DNA of 63,679 nucleotides, filler included, from Circinaria calcarea (Eukaryota): NCBI GenBank assembly GCA_051942165.1. It is 20 parts of 20 records of this genome, joined end to end, with 100 filler letters (N's around TTAATTAATTAA, not from the genome) between each part and the next. Parts side by side here need not be neighbours in the genome. Positions count along the whole stretch, not along the records: positions 38,369 to 41,457 come from JAVECS010003050.1; positions 41,558 to 44,637 come from JAVECS010003051.1; positions 44,738 to 47,815 come from JAVECS010003052.1; positions 47,916 to 50,991 come from JAVECS010003053.1; positions 51,092 to 54,165 come from JAVECS010003054.1; 15 more parts are not named here. One strand, 5' to 3'. Shown piece by piece: positions 39,822 to 53,433 of this stretch (position 1 is its first letter; each line of letters starts with the position of its first letter). The notes under the pieces were generated by a model. It saw only the letters and a program-made list of their open reading frames with translations, ran no database searches and was not told where the DNA came from. The position numbers and the translations under genes were made by a program.

Positions 39822-40700
39822 ATGGGTTCATTGAAAGCCTCCAATTACGACAGATCACCGGCGACGGAAAACGACTTATCTGAAGATCCCCACCCGATTT
39901 TTACCGACTGGCATATTCGCCCAATCACAAATACGAATATCTGGGACCAATTAAGACTTGCATCAGCATTCTGGGGAAGTGCGGCGAGCACAACCTTCAT
40001 TCATGCAATCATGTACATGTCCAGAAAGGTCCAGAGATAGTCGAGCTTTAAGCATCTGGTCCTCCTGACGATCTGATCCGCCAACAGGTTGCGGCTAGAC
40101 TTGGAAAGTTGCAAGGCCATGTTTGTTGGATGTTGTATGTTGTATGGGCCTAAGGATATGCTCAATGTGAGCCACCGGGCTCACTTGGCCGATGCCCTGT
40201 GGGTTTTTCCTAAGGAACGAGCAAGACACACTGCTCTTTCAAGGACCCCTTCCGATGTTTAGTAAACTTGGAAACCGGCTCGAAAATCTTCTTCAATCAT
40301 ACTCTAGTCCAGAAATTCATCAGACTATTGAACAGACCAAATCCCACCCCTGATGTACGGAATAACATTCTGGCGGATCCAATTCTCGATGGCCGTTACC
40401 ATGTGTCATGAGCTATGCCACGCCATCCACCACGCCACCACTACGGCCATGTGGGAGCTATATTACAGCACGCAGCCCGTCCGCGAACTCGGCCACGCGT
40501 GGGAAGAACGAGGTCTTTTGGCGGCCCCGCATTTCCCCTCACGAAGAAAACCGATTCCGGCGTTTTACCCTCGTCGTCATCGGGGAATGGCATTGCGAGA
40601 TTGAACGCGTCGGACGAAGTTCATTCCCTCAACCGTTGCCTACCCCCCCCCTCCCCCCCGGGCAGACGCGGTGGAATATTGCTACGTGTCCATAGAGTTG
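39822..40700 (+). pseudogene. Degraded HExxH (zincin-like) hypothetical protein gene
   Basis: HPIF..LRLASAF and RIQFSMAVTMCHELCHAIH..ELGHAWE then frameshifted NEVF/GG; interrupted by stops and shifts. Confidence 0.6.
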
Positions 40701-41557
40701 GATCTTTCAAACGTGCCAAAGATAGGTTCCCCTGTGGGATATAATGATCAAAGACCGAAGGCGGCTTGGGAAAAAAAAAACCGATCGGAGAGATTCTTTC
40801 GTCTTGTCCGCCGAGGGCCGATTCGATCGGATACGAGCTTGCGCAGTTCGGAAAGACTCGGGGGGGGGGGGAACGGTACCATATACGGGTTCCGTTGTCC
40901 TGCTGAGTATGGAATCGATCTGGACGAGTTCATAGAAACCGCAAGCTGCGAAAGCACACAAGTCGTAAGTAAGAGCTTCGATGACGTTTTTGAAACAATT
41001 TGCGAGTTTGGGCGTTGATTGATAGCCATGGTCCATGGAGTTTATATATCATCACCCGAAAAACTGGGCCCGTCGTCGACATTTCGAACTGAAACTACCA
41101 TACCAATCAGACACTGTGAAGCAAGATAAGATCGATAGAATGCCCCGGCTGGGATTACTCTCTCTCGCCTCGCCCGCCACAAATAGCCTTTTGAAACTGT
41201 CCACCGTACAACGAATTTTTTTTTTCCCGTGTCCGCTCTATTTAACTTTTTTTCTCTCTCTCTCATCACACATGTATGTAAAAAAAAGACTCAAAAAAGT
41301 GGGATTTCATTCCATTCCATTCCCTTCTCCCTTCTTCCACCTTCCATCCACTCTCACTCACTTCAATCCTACCCCTACCCCTACCATATATGATTGTGAA
41401 ACGCAGATTCCTAAAAAAATAACGTTATCCATAATAACCATCCCATCCCCCTAGCCCNNNNNNNNNNNNNNNNNNNNNNNNNNNNNNNNNNNNNNNNNNN
41501 NTTAATTAATTAANNNNNNNNNNNNNNNNNNNNNNNNNNNNNNNNNNNNNNNNNNNN

Positions 41558-42037
41558 GCGAAGAAATCGTTGAATGTACGCCAGCCACCGCGTGGTACAA
41601 TGTATTCCTTCATGTTGTAATTGGGCGAATCGCGGAAGCTCTCCAGGGTTTCTGGTGTGAGGGACTCGGGTGTGTCCAAAAACTTGCCCATCTCCACGGC
41701 GTAGCTTTTCAGCCACTTGGTAAGCCACGAGTCCTGCTTATAGCTCCACTCTGGACGAATGGGGGTCCTGCAAAGTTTTAACATCAGGCGCGTCCATGAC
41801 AATGTAAAACTAGCACAGCTTGTTGTACACACCGCGACCTTCCGCACCCTCTCTGGGAATCCATGTTAGGAGGTCGCTAATGAGCCGGAGATAGTCTTCG
41901 AGCGTTTTGATGTCCTTCATTTCGGTAACGCCGCTGTGGTTGACGGCCGTGACTGCATTACGGAATTTCTTGTCCCAGCCGTCCGTCTCCTTGATATTAG
42001 TACTGAGCTGCTGAACTATTGGTGCTAGCGAGGCCAT
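41558..42037 (-). pseudogene. Phosphatidylserine decarboxylase-family gene with an in-frame TAG and a +1 frameshift; 3' truncated
   Basis: DYLRLISDLLTWIPRE..VYNKLC*FYIVMD..LQDP(+C)IRP..WLKSYAVEMGKFLDTPES..YIVPRGGWRTFNDFFA. Confidence 0.75.
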
Positions 42038-43649
42038 ATTCGAATGAGTTTAATGTGGCTTTGCGGTACGGTGTCAGTTAGGAATAAATTATAGATACTG
42101 AGCCCCTGATGAGATACTTATAGAAACACCAGCAAACAGCTTCGAGGGCATATTTATACACAAAAGAAACTAGTCCAGTACCTCAATTCGACTTCACCAA
42201 TCGCTGGAAGTTTCGTAGGCACTTAATTTAGAAGCCATTCCTTACGTACAATGGCGTAATGAATGAAATACTAATCCGCTCACCCTGCAGAGAAAAGAAG
42301 CCGCTCTGCATTTACGAGAACGTCGTGCATGATCATATCAAAGCAAGAACGGAGATGATAATGGATATTAAAATACCAGGATGTTGCATGGTTCAGGTCC
42401 AATCGGTTGTGACATATAGGCTTCCAGCATGTTTCTTAAGCCAAAAGCAAGAACCTATTCAGCACCACACAATTAAAGCTAGTCTTCATATGGTCCTTCA
42501 GCCATTCAGATGCGTAGCGTACATGCATGCAGAGCATTCCCTTTCGACTGGAGATCTTCAAGTACACATCACAGTCCCGAACGCGGGAGAAGACAACCGT
42601 CCAAGTAGACCGAATCGCTTGTGCAGCGTTAAATGAAGTCATCTCGACTTAAATTCCGTGAAGACGAAAACCCTCCTTGCAGGATATTCCGTCAGTTGAG
42701 GCGAGGGTGATCCAAAGGCGCATACATGAATCATCGAGATACAGGAATCCATGCGATCGAATTGCCGAGGAGACAAGCGATGGTCTTTTCCTCCTCAAAC
42801 CTTTAGAGGGTCGTCGAAGCTGTATTGCTCAAGCATCTTATATACTGATACTTCTAACTGCTGACTTTCTTATAGGCGCTTAATCGAAGATATTGATTTA
42901 GCCTTGTTAAGGTCCCTGCAATACTTGTTGGAGAAGCTTCAGTACTTTAATCCTCCTTGTGATATCATATCCTGCTGCCGCAGCTATGACGCTAATTGTA
43001 GTAAAGGGGGGTGGAGACCAGAAGGTGGGCAGACAAAGAATGGCATTTGGAGTCGTAGTCTTGGGAGGTAGATGAAACTATCATGCGGAAACCAGGACTG
43101 TTAAGTAGAATGTAGACTCCGAGCATGGAAAGAGAAACCTGAGCGGTCCGGGCAAGGAAAACGATCAAAAAGAAGCATGGGGATGAGACTTACGTAGCAA
43201 GACTTGACCATGCTGCCGATTTCTTAACTTTTCATCTTCTACTCGAACGCGAAATATATTTTCGTTCTAGCCCAAACTCATGCTTCCAAAAGCTTCGTCT
43301 ATTACTTCTACCGCAGTGTCTTCGATTTCGACGAAGGCACTGTAACAGAATCTTACCAATAACAACTGTTGGTTTCGTATCTCCGTAGAATTCGGCCTTT
43401 TCTAAAGGTGGCGCTTTGCGAATCTTGCTTCCATCACGTGAAATCTTATATCCGGACCGGTGGTAATGCTAGCGTTGCTGGAGATCTTGTCCAACAAGCC
43501 GAAGCTACGTGGAAGGAGGTGGCTACTCCCGGCCCTATCTTTGGTTTGAGAACAACATCTCTAACTGTGTGTGATTCCCGATTGTTTCTGCAAGATCAGT
43601 CGCTCGTCTTTCCATCCGTATCCGTCGCCATAGCATCAGCCCCGTGATT

Positions 43650-43850
43650 CATGAGCAATTTCGTAATTTCCCGGAGCCCTCAAGATTGGCGCCATATTTG
43701 GATCTGCGCCAGAAGAGAGAAGAAAGATGAGTGAGAGCGGTTGTTTGCTCATAACCGGGGGCAAGGTCGTCAATAGTGCAGCCCTGAACTGTACCAGTAC
43801 TGACAGAACAGGGGTAAATAGCTTCGGTCATCGGCCATTAAAGTTCCAGG
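43650..43850 (-). pseudogene. Possible ankyrin-repeat remnant
   Basis: QGCTIDD..QTTALTHL and, in a shifted frame, FLLSSGADPNM; surrounded by stops. Confidence 0.3.
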
Positions 43851-44060
43851 TTGAGCATCGGGCAAGGGCTGCACAGCTTCTCATTTTGTGTCTGCTTCTC
43901 GTGTTTGGCGTTGTATAGTATAACAGCGACCACTCGGATGGCATTCATTTCTTGGGATAAATATGTATTCTAACTGCAAACCAAGTGAATATATGCTATA
44001 GCATTAATGTATAAAATGATCTAAGAGTCCAAGTCTCCCGGATTACTCCCCCCCCAGCCT

Positions 44061-44637
44061 TTAATTCCAACCCAACATTCCCTGGGATTGAATGGTCACA
44101 GCTTTAGGGACGTACACCTGAATCTGCGTGGCGCTTCCTCGTCCCCTGCTAACGTCAATCACGGTGATCGTGGTCTGATTCTGAGGGGTAAGAGCATAGA
44201 GATAGTCTCCGCCCACCCACGTATCGAAATATGCGGTGTTGTTATTAGGAAAAGTGTAGCTCTTGACCAGACTTCCAGTATCATGATCGATCTCGTAAAT
44301 GTGGGGAGCGAAACCGTCAGCAACGAAGGTTGTCCCAGTCTCGTCAGAGGGGCTGGTCCAGCAAGAAGCACCTTGACCTGGAATAACAACCTGGAATTTC
44401 GTAGTTGTGGTCCAGTTTCTGTTAATCCCGAGTCTCAGCGCTCCAAAGAGACCATCTGCGACGATAATGTCCGTGGTTCCTGGGAGGTTGCTACCTCCAA
44501 ACATGCTGTTTGACCCCGTCGGAACGCTTCGAATTTCCCTCGTGGACACTCTGCCATCCTGGACTGGGAAAACCGAGAAAAAGCCAGTGGTGGTGTTTCT
44601 GGCGCCAGCCTTGACGGTCGTGTAGACAGCTGTAGAG
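44061..44637 (-). CDS. Beta-propeller lactonase-like (3-carboxymuconate cyclase-like) protein, C-terminal part
   Basis: VYTTVKAG..TGFFSVFPV..IIVADGLFGA..IPGQGASCW..TTFVAD..IYEID..DYLYAL..ITVIDV. Confidence 0.7.
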
Positions 44638-47358
44638 NNNNNNNNNNNNNNNNNNNNNNNNNNNNNNNNNNNNNNNNNNNNTTAATTAATTAANNNNNNN
44701 NNNNNNNNNNNNNNNNNNNNNNNNNNNNNNNNNNNNNAGGGAATCGAGGCTTGGGTGAGGAATAAGAGTACCTTAATCGATATGAGTGGAACGGTGCCTA
44801 CGGTTTTCTCGGAGCTGTAATTGTTAGAGGCAGTTAGTTAGGTTGATAGGAGTGCGAGGACTGGCAGCATTATCGACCGCGGTCAATTAAATACAGCTTA
44901 CGATGCTGTGTACATATCAATGATGTTGGCACTTTTTCGAGTTGCTGACGTTTGTTTGATCTATCATGGGCCAATAGGACTGTGTCCTTTCAAGAAATCC
45001 AGGCTCGTGTTGCCAGGTCTGAAATCGGCTTGCTAGCTTGGTGCCCCAAGAGCTTAGCTGTCATTGGTCGATGTCGACTGCTCATTCGTTTGCTGAGGGT
45101 GCTGGTGGATCCTGTTCCAACCATCAATGCCTGGACAAACAAAATCCAAGGTATCCTCACGGTTTGCGTCCCGCTATCCACAGCTCCAGCACTACGCGGC
45201 ATCTAGGGTGGCGTAGGAAGGTAAGGCGGGTATAGGCGAAGCCGGATGCTTTCGGTCCCTTGCAGCAACCGCTCGACCCGAGTGTTCTGGTGCGGTGGAC
45301 CCCCTGGGTCCTGCCGGAGAGATGGTATGACGGTTCGAATGACTCTTGAAGAAAACGTCTCTGTGGGTGATGAGGGCGATGAAGCGGTCCGAGTGGTTGG
45401 CTTCGATGGGCTCGCTGGTGGATTCCATGTAGGTTTTGGAGTAGTGCCTACAGAAGATTTGAAGCCGGTTCATGCCGCCTGTTGTGGATGGGTAGGTGGT
45501 GGGGTTTAAGGGATCGGCCATGGCGGATGGGTTCGCTGGCTGGTTGGGATATGGTTGAAGGTTGTGATATTGTTGTGGTTGAGTTTCGTGACATTTGTTA
45601 TTCACAGCCTTCCCTATCTGCATTCGGAATGGGGATTCTCCTTCACAGCTCTGATTCACAACCATGATTCTCTTGCCAGACGGAGTCCCTGATCAGCTTA
45701 TAATCTTCCCTTTAGTATCTATCTTAATTGCTCTATATTTTCTAGCAAAAGAAAACCTACCGCGACCCTGTTTTTCTTTGTCTATAGTTAAACCCGTATT
45801 CACCATGGCAGCAGCACAAGATCTCATCTCTCTTCCGACAAAATTTTCCTTTGACAAGCCGACCAACGATGGGAAGATTGTAATGCATTGGAACATGCCG
45901 CGGACTCCTGAGGGCATGTACGACAATGCGGAGGCAATGACCAATGCAGAGACCGTGGCAATGGCTTTGGAACGAAGCCGGGGTCAGTCTCGGGGTTGGG
46001 AAGGTGTTCTGGCTACCCAGCAAGGAGGAGCTCGCCAAGAGTTCAACGCGTAGGTTCGGAGCCGTGCCTGACTTGCTCTACCAGCGGTATTCGTGGAGCG
46101 AGAAAGAGAGGATAGACTATCCAAAGAAACCTCACGAAGATCGCTGGAAGGACTGTCAAGTAAAAGGAAGGCCATGGGATATAGGTGCCCCTTGCTAATG
46201 AAGAAGTAGCTGATCTTGACTGGCTTGAGGACTCCGAGCCAGTGCTTCCGATCAACCTTGGTGTTCAGCTCGATCCAAGTCGAGCTGTCTCGTTCCGATC
46301 CTCCATGACCACGGTGGTCCTCTGCTTCCTATCGGATTCTACGCGTCTCGACTGGGAAAAGACCTGATCCAAATTAGGCATGGAAGTTGGAGAAGGTGAT
46401 TGAGATCCAGCCTCCCTCTCAGAGATGAAGGACTAACGATGGCGATGCAGCTTTCTTGAAGCAGGATGGAGAGCCAAGGCCAGAAGCAGAGTCTTTAATA
46501 AAAGGTTCTTTGATGCGCAATAACCATGAGATTATGGATCGTCTGCTGGCTATGATGGATACATGTGAAGACGAAGGCGTTAAGGATTGGGGGGGAGGTT
46601 AGATCTACGTTGGTATCAACGGCGGTTGCATACATATAGACTCTATACTATTGGCGGAATCCAATAGAGCAGGAAGCAACACTGTGCATTCTGTAGAATA
46701 TATTGGATATGATTGATCTGATGTTGTTGAGTCAAACATCTTTGAGCTCATCATCAACGTGAGTGCGCTTTTTCATTCTTTATTGAAGAAGGTACTTACA
46801 GCTAGGGGATTCCACCCCGTCCTTTATGGCTAATTAACCGGTGGATTGTCTTGACCCTTGGTAAGAAAACAGCACCCACACACACCGTTATAGAGCGTAC
46901 GTACGAAGTAAGTATCACGGTAGGGTACACGAGTATCAACGCCAAGGCAGCAGGAGGGGGAGTCCGCCGCTATCAAAGCGCCGAACCACCCACACCCAAC
47001 CAACCCTCTTCCGAGCCCTCCTTGCCAGCGGAGAAGTATCCATGTCGAGCAAGTTGTACAACGGTCCCCCTCCTCACCATCTCCTTGCATACTGCCGACG
47101 GAAAGATAGGCTTATGCAGCGTCTGAGCGAATCACAATATGTTTCGGGGTTGAGCACACGACCCTTGAGGCCCCCCACTGTACAGAATACGATGCTTGCC
47201 AGCTTCTTATACTGGACTAGATGGCTCATTCCCTTACAATCTCTCAAAGGGTCATCTGCTTGAAAGGCTTTCCCTTGCGTATTCCTATATCCTGTATTCA
47301 CCATCCATATTGATTCATTTCGCTGCCTTTCAGTGCTGCCCACCGCGTGAATTTCATT

Positions 47359-47815
47359 ATGGCGGACATTGGCACCGAGAAGACGATTCCGACAGCAGAA
47401 ACCACAGCCGCAGGGCACCGCGACCTGGAAGGTGCCGGCGGAGCGTCTAGACCCGCAGGATGGATGTACAAGTCCTTTGGTATAGGACCGTTCCACGCAT
47501 GGTATGCTTCGCCAGCTGTCCAGCTTGTATTAGGTATACCTTTCTACTCTCTATGGCTGTGGATGGTTCCTAACGAGTTCTATAGTTGCCCTGGTGTGCT
47601 TTCTCTGTCCCGGGATGTTCAATGCTCTCTCGGGTACTGGCGCAGGTGGTCAAGTTGATGCCAAAGCTGCCGACAACGCCGCTGTCGCTCTCTACTCAAC
47701 CTTCTCCGTTGTTGGCTTCTTTGCCGGCACGTTGGTCAATAGATTGGGGATCAAACTCACGCTGAGCTTGGGGGGCTTGGGTTACTGTCTCTATATTAGC
47801 TCATTCCTTTCATAT
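47359..47815 (+). CDS. UNC-93-like (DUF895) MFS membrane protein, 3' truncated
   Basis: WYASPAVQLVL|VALVCFLCPGMFNALSGTGAGG..ALYSTFSVVGFFAGTLVNRLG..GGLGY. Confidence 0.9.
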
Positions 47816-49113
47816 NNNNNNNNNNNNNNNNNNNNNNNNNNNNNNNNNNNNNNNNNNNNTTAATTAATTAANNNNNNNNNNNNNNNNNNNNNNNNNNNNN
47901 NNNNNNNNNNNNNNNTCTCACAAAGTATTATCAATTGCTTGACCGGTAAGCCTAGTGGCTTCCGTACCCTCCCCATTGTCTTGGCATGCAGGAAGCCCTA
48001 AGCCACAGTTGTCTGATATTCTGGTAAGACGATCGAGATACAGAAATGGCCAAGTATTAGCAACCACAATACGAAGAGAGTGACGAGAACGTAAACATGG
48101 AAATGGTTGTTCAAAGAGGGCAAGTCATCATTGCTGACCAATGCGAAGAGTTGAGTCACCTGGATAGCCGAAAGACGATTCAGCGCCGCTTAATCTTTAA
48201 ATGGTGGGGGAGTAATCGGAAATGGTCCCGCCCAACGCTTGTCAGCCCTGCACAGGAGGATCGTCAGTCAACCTTGTGGGCTTTGTGCCGTTGGCTTCAG
48301 GTACGATTCCTTTGGAATTACAGAGTAGTCAACATGACCTTCCAGCTACAAACAATCTCACGGTAGTCCTCTTGGAATATGGAGTGCAGCCTTTTGATGA
48401 GGAATGCTTGTAAGGTGTACATAGTCAAGGGGCTTGTAGTCTGTGGTAAAATGTTCAGACAAGTTCCCTCGTATATTTCATTCTCAAGGACTTCTCATCC
48501 AGTGTAGTTAAAGCCACCGCTTATGCACCTACTGTTATGCAACAGTATACCGAGCCCGTGGAAACATCCCAAATTGGTGCCAAACCGAAAACTTGGCCCT
48601 TGGGCACGTACGGAATTGATCGTCCGGCTGGAATCACATATTTAATAGCACTAGAGCATTTGAAACAAACAGCAGACTGGTAGTATCAGTCCAGAGTACA
48701 GGATAATAATAATAATCGTAATAACTAATAATGATATATGACATCTCGTTTGTCCTTGAGCATTAAAAGACGGGCCGGTAAGGCTGAGAATTTTCCCGCT
48801 AGGCTCGCGCTTGTTGCCGCATTCCTTGAAGGGTGAATATCTAACACTCCGATGAACACCGCTCGTTCATCTTCATATCTTGCTTCTCTCACCTTCTAAA
48901 TTTCCACTCCTTCTCAATCCTCCACGTCCTCTGCATCCTCAAACCCATAGCACTACGCACATGTTCTGAGTATCTGAGCATTACTGTAAGACATACATGC
49001 ACATCACTTGCGACTGAGTGTGCTTTGTGGCATCAGGTAACTCATCACCCCGAGCAGCTTGCTTGGCCACCATCTTCCAGCATTCTTCGACAACCCTCTA
49101 GAGCTCAGTCAAG

Positions 49114-50991
49114 ATGGACTACGACGATCCTTTATTAGAGGAGGAGTATCTAGATGAGGAAGAAGACACAAGCATCACGGCCGAGGACTGTTGGACGGTC
49201 ATACAGTCATTCTTCGAGGTCAAAGGCCTTGTGTCGCAGCAACTCGACTCTTTCGATGAGTTTGTTTCAACGACGATGCAAGACATGGTGCAGGAGAATA
49301 ATGTCATCACACTGGATCAGAACGCGCCACAAGCCGACGATGATGGAGAGCCTATCGTGGTCCGTCGATACGAAATCAAATTTGGCACCATTCTCCTCTC
49401 GCGACCATCAATGACGGAAGGGGATGGAAGTACTGGTGTCATGCTACCGCACGAGGCACGATCGCGAAACTTGACGTACTCGAGTCCCATCTACCTTGAG
49501 ATGGAACACAAGGTCGAGATCGCCAAGGAGCGCGACTATGCCGACCTAAGCGATGATGGTGCGGACGATGTGGACGTCGAAAGCCAGAAGCCGCAAGGAG
49601 GAAAATATCTAGTATGGGAAAGGGAGAGGACTAAACAAGAGAAAGAAGAGGGCCGGGAAGCCGCAGAGCCTGGGCCACCAGTTCAGGTTTTCGTGGGAAA
49701 GCTGCCGATCATGCTCCGGTCGAAGTACTGCCTTCTCAAAGATCTTGGCGAACAAGATTTACACAACTGGAACGAGTGTCCATATGATCAAGGAGGATAC
49801 TTCATCATTAACGGCAGTGAAAAGGTCCTCATCGCCCAGGAGAGAAGTGCAGCCAACATCGTGCAAGTTTTCAAGAAGGCAGACGACAAGACACCGTTTG
49901 TCGCCGAAATCCGCAGTGTTGTTGACAAGGGATCCCGGCAAATGTCATCAATGCAGATCAAGCTGCATTCCAAAGGCGAGAACTCGAAAGGGGGATTCGG
50001 TCAAACTATCAAGGCAATACTGCCATATGTCAAATCCGAAATACCTATTGTCATCATCTTTCGTGCTCTCGGTGTGGTATCCGATGAGGATATCCTTAAC
50101 CACATTTGTTATGATCGTAATGATACCCAGATGCTGGAGATGTTGAAGCCATGCATCGAAGAAGCCTTTGTCATCCAGGATCGAGAGGTTGCGCTCGATT
50201 TCATGGGCAAGCGTGGGAAAACCCAGGGCGTAACTCGAGACAAACGAATCAAGTTTGCCAAAGACATTCTGCAGAAGGAGTGGCTACCGCACATCTCACA
50301 AGTTGAGGGCAGTGAGACACGTAAGGCATTCTTCTTGGGCTACATGATACATCGCATGTTGCAATGCGCACTAGGGCGACGAGACGTCGACGATCGTGAT
50401 CACTTTGGAAAGAAGCGGTTGGATCTGGCTGGACCCCTCATGGCAAACCTGTTCCGGGGACTGTACAAGAAACTCACAAAGGATGTCTACATGTACCTAC
50501 AAAAGTGCGTGGAGACTAACCGTGAATTTCAACTTACCCTGGGAGTCAAGTCTTCCACATTGACAAATGGCCTGAAATACTCTCTTGCAACTGGTAATTG
50601 GGGAGATCAGAAAAAAGCAGCTACCTCTACGGCAGGTGTTTCTCAAGTACTCAACCGATATACCTTTGCGTCTACACTATCTCACCTTCGGCGGACTAAC
50701 ACCCCCATCGGACGAGATGGTAAAATTGCCAAACCTCGTCAGCTGCACAATACCCATTGGGGTCTCGTTTGTCCAGCTGAGACTCCTGAAGGTCAAGCTT
50801 GTGGGCTAGTTAAGAACCTGGCACTCATGTGTTGTGTTACTGTTGGCAGCCCTAGTACTCCCATCATTGATTTCATGATACAGCGCAACATGGAAGTCCT
50901 TGAAGAGTACGAGCCTCTCAAGTCACCCAACGCGACTAAAATATTTGTCAACGGTGTATGGGTTGGGGTTCATAGAGATCCTGCTCATCTG
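49114..50991 (+). CDS. RPB2: RNA polymerase II second-largest subunit, 3' truncated
   Basis: [81 protein letters not shown]. Confidence 0.99.
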
Positions 50992-53433
50992 NNNNNNNNN
51001 NNNNNNNNNNNNNNNNNNNNNNNNNNNNNNNNNNNTTAATTAATTAANNNNNNNNNNNNNNNNNNNNNNNNNNNNNNNNNNNNNNNNNNNNGGTGGAAAG
51101 AGAAAAGGGCAGGAGAGGTCGGGGGACCCTTGGGACTTCCGGGAGTTTACTTCGGAGTCAAAGGTTCGAGATATACCGGGAAAAGAGGAGAATATTTTAA
51201 GGGGCAGGAAGGACGGACCGGGCCAGAAAAAGAAACGATTGGTGCAGATGTAAGCAGGATAATTAATTGGGGGGTTTTGTTTTTTCTAGTAAGAACAATG
51301 TTATGCACGGTAGCCCGGCACCGATATTCTAAACCAGATGTCGTAAAGCCTAGGTGGCAGGCCTACCTTGTTGGCGCAGAAATTGAGCCGGTATATTGGC
51401 CAGAAGGGCTCCACTAGCATAACATAGTTCCGTTGTGGATGTACAATAGAGCTATGCAAAGCCAGGCGGGGGTGGCCTTGCAGACGAGATATCGATTGGC
51501 GGGGAGCACTGTTATTCCGGGGCCTACCTAACATCTTCCGAGCATAACAAAAAAAAACAAAACCCCCCAAATAGAGGAGTCGGCCATTATTAGCAGAAGG
51601 AAAAGAAAGAAGAAGAAAAATCTACCCGCAGGTCTTCGCGCACACGCTCTTTAAACATCTGCCTATATACAGCCATTCCGAAAAAATACGCTGCAGCGAA
51701 GCAGAGCAGTCTGAACTCTTTAAAATAGTGATTAGCTGTCCGGCACCTGCAATTTCGCAGCCTCTTATCTTCCCATCACCTCATCGTCCTCCTGAGGCGG
51801 CCCGGGGGTGTGACACTTTTTCCGGGATCCGGACTATAAATCACTACCCCTACGAACTTCTTTCTCCCGATCTCGGTGCTTTGATTCACTTCCACGTCCC
51901 GGTATCTGTCCACGGATCTTGGGGCCTTTCCCCTTGACTTTCATGATGACAAGGTTAGGGGATCGTTGCCGCTGCTCGACCTTAGGCGCTTACGGCGAGG
52001 TTCCTTGAAGGCGGTGTTTTGATTATATGATTTTTCCTCCGCACGGTTTTCTGCCAAAATGTATTATCTTGCCGCGCTGGGGAAAGTGTGCCCTAGGCCG
52101 CATTCGAAGGCGCCTTTTGAAGCATTGACGAAGAGTTGCCCAATGTGTCCTTGATATCCTCGTGTGTTTGGACCTCGACCATCAATTATATACCAACTTT
52201 CTTCAAGCGCAATGCATGTAGATCGATATCTCTCAAAGCCTGGCCGCGGCACTCGAATTTTTCGGATTCCTGCAAATTGCTTCGACCTTGATTGTTCTGC
52301 AGGGGCGAAGTCTCACGGAAGCTTGTGATACCAGTCTCGACCTCATGGCAAGTTCCGAGAGCATGCTTGAGTGCCCCCGTCATGCGTTAAACGCCGGCAG
52401 TCCTGGGCATCATCTGGAATCTTGTAAATAACGGGGTAATAATACCCACCGCTCGTGCCGTTCCCAATCTTATAAAAATAGACAGGTACTCGAGTTTTGG
52501 ATGTCCTTTTCTTCGCCTTTTCTGAACGACAGCAAGCACCGAGGATCTAATTGCCCACGGCGTACCAGATCACCGTACACGTTGTCGGGCAGGAGAACTC
52601 CATTTCTGGTCTTTCGGTAGACCCTGTAAAAGCTTTCGTTGATGTATTGAGTGGCACCTGCCGGATGCTAGAATGCTGATCCTCGCGTAGTATCAGCAGG
52701 GACTTTTTATCGATAGTCGCTCCTAAGCTCCTAAGGGTCCGTTGCCTCCTGGAAGAAGGTTGCAACAGCATGCAAAAACCGTAATCGAAGGGCGCCCATC
52801 CCCGAAAACTAACTTTGCACATATATACCAAGACGGTAACTCCAACAACAACATCGACATCCTAAAGCTTGCGAAGAGGGAAGGTATCCAAAGCTGTGGG
52901 CGCTGATTTAGTGATTAAGAGGTACAATGGCGCTGGATAAACACCTGGATACCATGTTCAAAGATATATCTTATATGTGGTCAGATAGGGGTGTATGAAT
53001 CCGATTGTAACAGCTTCTAGCCATATTTTGTTTCAACATCGCCCGGAAATTGGCAAAGAAGGGTGCTATATACACCAGAGGGAGCAAGCGGAGATATGGA
53101 GATTATGCTAGCACGTGTCATATGACCTTGCAGAGAACAAACGGCTTTGACCCTAGTCAGTAACCGCAAGGTGTGTTAAAGTTTGTCAACCGTTCACTCT
53201 TCAAACCAGGATCGACGGCATTGTCTTTCGCCTTGAGTAGCAATGCAGACCCGGTATTCACAGGTCAAACTCTGTTGTTGTACCTAAAATCTAGGAACCC
53301 TAACCTTTTCTGACTGGCAATTCCTAGCGGAAAGCCTTGATGCATACGTCATGACAGATCGTTAATACCGACGCCGACGCTAAGTAACAGGGAGAAACAA
53401 TCAGGATATCTCCAAAATGCCTCAGCAGCTGAC

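Noticed and set aside
34746..44637. Apparent biosynthetic cluster: DMATS, Rossmann enzyme, PSD/PsiD-like decarboxylase and lactonase
   Set aside because: Genes lie on different size-sorted contigs, so proximity is an artefact; the decarboxylase is also disrupted
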